Of a stretch of DNA of 64,000 nt, positions 7,962 through 17,200 are shown one piece after another; position 1 is the first letter of the stretch, and every line of letters begins with the position of its first letter. A model generated the notes under the pieces. It made no database searches. It was not told where the DNA came from and saw nothing but the letters and a program-made list of their open reading frames with translations. Location of the stretch: positions 1 through 64,000 of the IMG/VR virus record IMGVR_UViG_3300028888_000006; one strand, written 5' to 3'. The stretch comes from a virus. Taxonomy: Duplodnaviria; Caudoviricetes. The translations under genes were made by a program, and so were the position numbers.

Positions 7962-8107
7962 TGGATAATACATTGATTGGAATTGATGAGTTCGATGAAT
8001 TGAGAGATAAGTTGGAATCCATCATTCTGCAATTCGCAGAAAGACATTTTCACGGTGTGTCGCTCAAGATTGAATTCGTATTTGGAACGATAACGATAGA
8101 AGTATAA
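7961..8107 (+). CDS. small hypothetical protein (48 aa)
   Basis: Hand-translated MDNTLIGIDEFDELRDKLE...; TAATG coupling; ends at the terminator. Confidence 0.5.
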   Translation: MDNTLIGIDEFDELRDKLESIILQFAERHFHGVSLKIEFVFGTITIEV

Positions 8108-8140
8108 CAAAAGGGAGATGCATCACTGCGTCTCCCTTTC
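8108..8140. terminator. intrinsic terminator, probably bidirectional, at the convergence of the two genome arms
   Basis: AAAGGGAGATGCA-TCAC-TGCGTCTCCCTTT hairpin with A/T runs on each side. Confidence 0.8.
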
Positions 8141-8231
8141 AACAAACTCTAAACACCAATTATGAACAAATCATTCGTAATAAAGATAGCGAATAGAAGC
8201 CGTCATAAAGCAGGTGTAAATGATTTGCTTA

Positions 8232-11200
8232 TTAATATTGCGCATCATTCTGATAATAGTTAATAAGCGGGCTTGGATCTATGAAATTGTCCACTTTCTT
8301 AAACATTGAAACAACTGGCAACTCACGGAAATATTTATACGCCTTGACATGCCCACGGTATCTACCGGATTTGATTGTCGTCATATAATTTGACGGGATG
8401 CACAGCTCAAAAGCGTTGATCATATTCTGGAGAGGGCCAATTGCCGCGAACGGAGATTTCAAGATATGAAGCGCCTCATCAACAAACATGGGCGTCGGTG
8501 CCATCGAACCTATTTCCGTGCGAAGTCGTAACATTTGCGAAAGAATCGTCTGATCCCACCATTTAAGCGGAATAAGTCTATCGTCATCATCGACATCGGG
8601 CGGCGGAATCTTTCCAAGAAGCATGCAAGCAAGATACAGTCCGGCAACTGTCGCGAGTTCAGCAATGGAGCGATGCACATTGGACTTCTCGTAAGGTGTC
8701 ATCTTTGCCCAGTTCAACTGATAGGAAGTCTTCAGCGCCTTCATGTCGTCGACAAGTCGAGTCAAGAATTCTGCACTTTGCTCTTCTGACACTTGATCTT
8801 TTGCTCCAGTAACTATGTCATGAAGCAAACGGAATGTGGTATGATGATAGCCCTCGTTGTATTCACCCTTCAAGGCATTGTACTGAACATCGGCGTATCT
8901 GCGTTTCAAAGCAGGAGCAATCCATTTACGATACATGATGAGCAGCGATCCGAGAGCGTATTGCTGAACAGCACTGCGGTCATCAAGATTATAGATACCC
9001 TGTAGCTCAAAGTTCAAACCGGCGACAGCCTTGGAGAATTTCTTCTCATCCTCGATTGTTAACTCACTTCCGTCGGCTTTTCTGTATCCAGGTTTTAGCG
9101 CGAGATAAGCGCCGGTCTTGTTTGTCTCATCAGTATACTTGACTTCATAAGCATCCCACAAGTTACTTTCCTTGCCTTTAGCATCCTTCATCTTGAAGTT
9201 TTTCGCAACAGCAAGTGCGGTAGTGGAAGCAAGGAAGTCTTCACCCATAGTCAGACCAGCATACAGAAGGCTGCTGTTGAATACGCGACTTGCTCTTGAC
9301 TTTTTGTACTTCGTGGTCTTATAATCACGACCATTGTCCTGATGAACATCAAACTTGTCAAGCCAGAGTGAGAGCTTATTATCATAATCGGTCTTACCGG
9401 TTTCTGCAAGTCTATCTGCGGACTGTGCGGTCCAAATACCAGCCGCCCAGGTCGCGTCTTTAGCAGAGAAATGATGATGACCGACAGTTTCCAGAAGAAT
9501 CTGTGTGACACCGGTGCTGATATTAGCAATACGCTGCGGAATATTGATAGCCATCTGCGAGTAAGAAGTGACTCGATTGATGAAATCAACAGCCTTTCGC
9601 TTGGAAATCCTTGTGTTGCCGATGGTGCCTTCATTCCGCTGGATATGTCCATAGACATGCATCTGGAAGAAATCATCAAGAGCGCTTTCGATGTTGGTTC
9701 GAGCCTGTTTCTTACTGAACGGCTCACGATAGATAACATCGTCTGTCTCGATGCTTTCGCGCTGCGTTCTCGTGCCAGTACGCTGAGTCACGTCTCGCTG
9801 GGAAGCCATATATTTGGCATTCTCAAGGATACCGATGACATTATTGAGTTCACCATATTCGAACGCCATACCAGCATAAGCCATGATGGAGGTGGCTACA
9901 TCATCAGACATGTCGTCATAGGACTCCTTCTTTCCCTTGGCAAGATAATGGACAGGAAGCATATCTACGCGATTGCCTTCGAAGTCGACTCTGACTTCGT
10001 AGTTATCGTAGTCGATGCTGTCGGAAGTATCAAGGATATCATTACGGATACCTTCCCAGACTTCTACGGCTTTGCTCTTGATACCGTCAGACTCCTTCAC
10101 GCGGTCCCAAGTGTACTTACGAAGCATTACAATCTTACGATTCTGAAGGAGAGAATCAGGGACATACTTGTCTGCCTCCTTCTTGATGTCAAGCATCGTA
10201 TTGTAGAACTTCCACTTTGCGGGAGAAAGCTTTCTGGCTTCTTCGACACTGATATATCTACCAGTCTTGTGAAGCTTGCCGTCATCTTTCTTTCCGTCGC
10301 ACCATTTCTCTCCATCATAACGCTTCATCTCAAACATGAAACTCTGGTCACGAGAGCCGGTTTCCTTACGAAGTTCTTCAATGGCCTGTTCAATTCTCGG
10401 CTTCACAAGGGCAGCACGACGACGCGCTGAATACTTTGCCTCCCTGGTTACATCGTCAATCGCCTTAAGAACATAGTCGTTACAGTCAGCGATGGAATGA
10501 AACCAGCGAGAAGCAAGAGATATGTCTCTGTCAGCACGGCGGGCCATTTCCTTGATGGTAATCTGCCGCCCCTTGTCTTTACCAATTTCGACAGTAACTC
10601 CATGTTCGCCATAGACATTGGAAAGCATCTCTTCGAAATACTTCATCGCAATCGTATTATAATAGCGGAAGAATTTCTCGAGAGCACCAGCAGTTTCATT
10701 GATGGAATTAGTAAGCAGAACGGAATCCTGAATCTCGCCATCAACAATTGCCTGGCGGACATCTTCCATCACCTTAGAGAAACTGTAAAGCGTATCACGG
10801 ACAAGATTTAGTCTCTTGCAGATACGATTTACCGGCTGACCACCATTTACCGCAGTCTCAAGTGCCTTTCTTGTTTCTTCCAAGAAGTCCAAGGAGTCCT
10901 TCATGTAAGTGACGACGGCGTCTTCGGTCTTGTAGTTCTTGATAGCGGCTTCGAGCTTGGCAATCTGTCGTTGAGTTGCCTGAATAGCGGGAGACTTCTG
11001 CGCCTTCTCCTTGTCGTAACCGATACGGTTCTGGAAAATGAACAGACGCTTGGTCTCGGTCTTCAGAAGCTTGTTCAAAATGTCGCTCTTTCCGGTCAGA
11101 TCTTTCTTGATCTTCTTCGTCTGTGCGAGCAGTTTACCTTGTGCATTAATATCCTGTAATGTGCGATCATCGAGAATCTTCCCACCGAGAAGTTCACGGG

Positions 11201-14200
11201 CAAGCTTGGAAGCGACACGATTTGCATCGAAGATAGCATTCTGCACTTCGTCACGACGGAACTGGCGGAAGAAATTCTTGATGAAATCCACAACTCTATG
11301 GATGAGTCTACGAACAGGGCTCGTCTCGATTTCCTGTTCCAAGAACAGGTTCTTCGCGACCAGTTTTCCAGCTGCTTCAAGAACCATCTTTTCTCTGTCA
11401 TCCCGATATGCTTCGACGTAATCATCGTACTGACCTTCGAATGCTTCACGGAGAGCGTCTTCATTTCCATCAAGAGCGTTAAGAAGTCTGCTTACAAGCG
11501 GATTGTCGTGACCAACCATCTCGATGGCCAAGTGAGAGAATTCTTCCGGTAATGCCTGCTCGCCACGATAGCCTTCCGCAATGCGAATCATCTCAAGCAA
11601 TCCTTCCGCTGTAACAGTCGCAGTGTCGAAGTCCGTGACGCCAGCAAGAGCAATACGAGTCTCGAAGTCGGTAAGAACACCGACGGACACACCTTTCTCG
11701 CGAAGGATATCACGAAGCTTCTCATTCAGTTCGACATATACCTGCTGTCTTCTTGCTTCGCGGATACCGGCAGGAGAACTCGGAACATTTACAGTAATCG
11801 GATTACCGTCTTGATTGCGACGAGCAATGGAAAACATCTGACCACCAGTCGGCTCATCATCAGAAGTAGAAGTGCCAAGCATGGCTCCCTGCAATGCAGG
11901 ATTGGCAGCAAAGAGCGCAGATAAATCTGCGCCAGTTGCGGGAGAAGGAGCGGGCATTTCCCCATTCTGCTTCACGGCATCGGCGGCTTTCGCTTCAAAT
12001 TTACGAGTCTGCTCCACCTGTTGAGGCTTCGGAAAACCGCTGATTGCGGGCCCACCCATCACAGAAGCAGGGCTAGGCAGTCCACCGAAATTACCAACAG
12101 TACCTCTGCTCTGACCAGGACCACCGAATACCTGTGCAGGACTAGGAAGACCGCCAAATGAATTAGCGTATTCCATAAAGTCACTTCCAGACATCGGGTC
12201 CCCACTCGAATTAGATTGAGCCCAAGCATTTTCTTCGGGTTCATCAAGAACGCCCCACGCAGAATCATTACCCGGAACAACCGACTCTATGAATAGATAA
12301 CTTTCCTTCGGATTATACTGAAGCGTCTTCTGCCCGCCACGAAGGACAATGCCGAGTTTCTTGGCAGGAACAATGGTTGTTCCATCGGCTTCTTTAACAA
12401 CGCGATACAGCTCCTGTTTCTTTTTTCCTTCACCGAGATTGGTCTCTACGACTATATAGCGATAATCTTCGATCTTGAACTTTGAATCATCTGTCAGTAA
12501 ATCCCAGCCAAGTTTGTTGCGAACGCGATTCGGAATCTTCGCCGGGCTTATCTTCGGGAGAAACTTGTTGTCTCCCCAGTGATTCATTATGTACTGATTG
12601 ATGAAATTCTCTTCCTCTTCACTTCCATCAAGCCAGTTGTCACGAAGGATATCCTGAAGCGCATCGACATAACCAGGGGTATTCAGTATGACCGAGAACG
12701 GAGCGAAATGCGCGAACTCGTACATTCCATATCCGAAGCCGCTGTTGAACAGGTTGTATTTGAACAAGTCAATGGCAAGGTCTCGGATTTCCTTTTCCGG
12801 ATTGTTCAACATATCGCCCCAGTATGCGCGAATAGCATCAGCGGTTCCTTCGACTGCCGGTCCGTTCATGCTGAAAATGAGGCGAGGATTGGTACGGGAA
12901 TTCTCCGGAGAAGTCGCAGTAAGCTTCTCGAGGAAAATATTACCGACAAGCATTTCAGCCGCCTTGTCAGTTCCAGGATTCTGCTTTGCCTTCTCGATTC
13001 TCTCTTTCAGATCCTTGACCGACTTCGGTACATCAACGAGAATGCGTTTCTGTTCGGCCTTCAAGTCGCCATTGACAAACTTATTATTCTTCAAGAGCTT
13101 GAAGAGAATCATCTCCTGACCGATATGCTCGACAATAGTAGCACGCTTCTTCTTACCGATATGATACATATCGGCAATCTTCGAAATCGTGTTGATCCAG
13201 TCGGCTTTTGCCTGCGGGAAGAACTGCTTGAACATATCAAGCGAAGAATCCATCATCAGGGAATTCAGCGCCACAACTTCCTTGAGATCGTCACCAAGAG
13301 CGGACATGATGTATTCGGAATCCATTCCAGCATCGACTGTCCTTCTTGCAAGAACATCACGCATGCCGCTGATTCTCAATTGGTCATCGCGCTGCTTCAA
13401 AACTTTTTCACGGAACTTGTTGAGGTCGATGACCTTCTGCGTGATATCTGCAATGGTAGAGCCTATTGCGCCGGAATCAGATTCGGGTCTGGTACGGCGA
13501 GTAAACTCGGCAAGATTACCGGCTGCATCGGAAAGATGAGCAAGCACGGCGAGAATGGCGGTTTGCTGATTGATGAGATTAACATCCTGCGATTTCAGAA
13601 CCTCGTCAAAAGTCATCGGAAGAGCGGCAATGTAATCATTCTCCATCATACCTGCGACCGCCTGAACTGCACCGGTATTCTTCCCCATGAACGGAAGCCG
13701 CTTGTCTTTGAACTGTTCCTGCAACTGGTCAACGAGCGTATTCGCCTCTTCCTTGAGAGAAGAAGCATCACGGCCTTTTAGCCTATTGATGAGTTCAACA
13801 ACCGCAGGCTGATTCATAATCAGATGGACTTCTTCCTCGTCGATACCTGCGGCGAAAAGGAACGAAGTGATTTCCGCCATCTCCTTTGTCTGATTGAGAT
13901 ATCCGAGAATAGGATCCTTTCCGTTATCAACGGCTGCATTCAGCAGACGAGCAAGACCGAGAGAAGCGAGATTGCCCTTCATGTTCTTGACCGAGAACAA
14001 CTGACCAAGTTCTTTTCCAAACAGAGATATCCGGACAGGGCCGTACTTTGTCTGCATCGGAACATATCTCATATCAAGTCGCTGCATCATCTGCTGGGCG
14101 GAATTATACAGGGCGTAAATACCAATCATCTCGGCGCCACCCATCAGATAGTCGAAAGCGTCAGCGGAATGCGTCAGAGAATACGGGGCTTCCGAGCTCT

Positions 14201-17200
14201 CAACAGAACGGACAAGCGTAGTCAAGGCGAAGTCATCCAACGATGTCAGTTTCTTGTAGAGAGAAACGGCGTCACGAAGAGCAGCGTTCGCAATATCTGA
14301 AGACATTCCAAGTCCGCCGTCTTTCTTTGCGGTTGTCATCGTCTGGAACATCTGACGCTTGTTTTCATTGGATCGGGCAAGACGGACAAGATGCAGGGAC
14401 TTGGCATAAATCTTCGATTCCTCGCAGCCACCAGGAATAAGAACGCGACGAGAGCCAGCGACAGAAGTCAACTGAGCTCGAGTAAGTTGAATCATCCTGT
14501 TGTGACGAGCACGAGCGGAGTTTTCAAGCGGAGACTTGGACTCGTCGTATTCGACCATCTTGACCTTACGGTACTTCATTCGGTCAGGATTGGAATAACT
14601 CGTAGCCCACTTCTTCCAGGTATTGAATCCGGCAAGAGCTTCATTCAAATCTTTGTTACGGATATTGCTCAATGCAAGGCGAGCTGCATTAGCATCGTCA
14701 GACAGACCAAGCAACTTATCGTAGTCGGCATTCAACTTCTCGTCATCCCAAACGACATCGTATTCTGGCAAGTCGACACGAAGTTTATCACCATCGAAGT
14801 CCTGACCGGTTGTGACCATCGCTTCTTTGGCAATCTTCATAGAGCCGCCTTCGAGTCTGGAAGAGAACCATTTGATGCGAATCGGAACGGTTGAATGTTC
14901 GGCGTCAGAAGGAGTACGGGAAGCATCTCCAAAAAGCGCTTCTTCAGGGATTGTCCTGTTGTCTATGAGCTCCCGAAGTCTTTCCGGAGTAATCTCGCCA
15001 TTCTCGTCAGCAAACTCACGCAACGCATCCGGAAGCGGAGCACCAGCATCGAACCATTTCAGACGCTTGTTCTTTCCAGTACCTTCGAATTCCACTCCGA
15101 GTTTATAACTCTCGGGAAATCCACCCTCGTAAGGACTGACATCGGCCTCCATGCCAAGAGCCGTAGAGACAAGGATGTTCGTTCCTTTAGTCTTGATCTT
15201 CGTCATTCGCTTCTTAATGATGGAAGCGAGAAGCTGCTGAACCTGATGCTCGACATTCGGAGAGAACAGCGGCATTGCGAATGTTCCGTTCTTCAAATGC
15301 TGAAGAGCGAACTTCATTTCACGAGACTGATACGGTTTGCTCGCCAATTCTTCCTGGAACAGTCTTTCGAGCTCGTCAGAATTGCTGAAAATTTCCTGAA
15401 CCTTCTTATACGAATCGATGATATTGGCGGTCTTGATTTCGTAATACATCTGTCTCGCTTCCTTTGCGGACATCTGCTTTCCGTTCAGCTCGACCATATC
15501 GCCATCCTGGATGTTCGCCCAGACGGTCTTCTCCTTCTGTGAAGCGCGGGCAATTCTGTCATCCATTCCGTGAGGAGTAGTGGACGCGGCGATACCGTAA
15601 TACTTGAACGGGATCTCGTGGACATACCATTTCTTCGACGCAACGGTACTCGTGATATAGTTCTTGATAGACTGTTCGTCTTTCAGGATATGATTGCCTT
15701 CTTTGTCTCTCTCGAATGGACGAATAATGGAATGAGCGCCGACCTTTGCACCGGAATGGAAGAGAAACATATCCACTTCTTTTCCTTGCTTCTTCAGTTC
15801 AGACTGCGCCAGGTCAAAAGCACGAAGCGGAACGGACTGGGCTGACAGACAATATTTAGACAGAGCAACAGGGAGAAGGACAACCTCGGAATACTTGTGC
15901 AAGAAAGTCAGTTTGACAGGTTTCTGATTTTCACTTTCCGCAGCATCAATATGTTCAAAGCCCGTAGCAACCGGCTTGATATTCTGCATGAAAGTATCGA
16001 TATCTCCTTTTTGCGGATGTCCGTGAATGATATTCTGATAAGCGGTTTCCTGTCGTTCAGTCCAGAGATCGGTCATCACCATCACGGACCGATAGGATTC
16101 GAGCGTTCTGAATCCCTGACCATCTGTGGTCTTGATATCAGAATATGCTTTCTCCATCTGCTTGTACTGGATTGGAGAGATTAATTTCGCATCAAGCAGA
16201 TCCTTCAACATGCCGAGGATGTCGTCCTTGAAAGCAGACTGCGTTTTCTCGTCAGCCACATACACAACATTCTGACTTTCTTTTCCGACGCGCTCTCCAT
16301 TCCAAGTAGCCTTGGTGTACAGAGAACTGTGAGGAGCATGCGTCAGCATATTACGCTTCTCGAAGTCGATGAGTCCGTCGAAGTTATGCAGACCGCCATC
16401 CCAGAGTTTCACCATCTGAAGACGAGCGTAGAAAGTATTGAAGAACCAGTCGTCCAACTGACGCTGCTTTTCGGCGGACAGAGAAGAAACCTTTCCATCT
16501 TTCGAATAGAAACCGTAACTGCGAAGATTATAATTCTTCAACATCCCGGAATCTTCGACGGTCTTGATGTCTTTCTCTTTAATTTTCGCCAACTGGTCCA
16601 CAACGCTCTGTTTGACGAACCGTATTGCATCGGCGGGATCTTCAATGGACTTATATTGCTGGCGAAAATCGTTCGTATTGAATTCCGGGAATATCTGGAA
16701 CTTCATTCCGTTCTTCTCATAGACGGAAAGAACAGGACGATTCTCGCCGTTCGGATCGTTCTTGACACGTTCCTCGATGGCGGCAATGCGATCAAGTTCG
16801 CAGAGAACTTCATCGGCAAGAGCATCAACTAATTCAGACTGATAACCGTATTCGCCAGTAGACTCATCAAGCAGTTCGCCAACTTTCAGTCTCGGAGCGT
16901 AGATAAAGTTATATGCCGTCGAGTAGTCAGACTGGATAGGAAATTCATATGCGGCAAAAGGCTCTGTTCCACGGGAGAACATGCGTGACGCTCCGAAGAA
17001 CTGGATGAGCGAATTCGTCAGTTTCTGCTCTCGTGTAAGACTGGCATACTCAACATGATTGAACGCCGCGATATCCACAAGACGCATCGCACTGCGAATA
17101 TCTGTCTGGCGAAACTTGCCGTCTTTGAGCCATTTCAGCCAACCGACAATCTGTCTGTTTTCCCCATTTCCGATTGCCATCCCTTCATAGCGGAGATATT

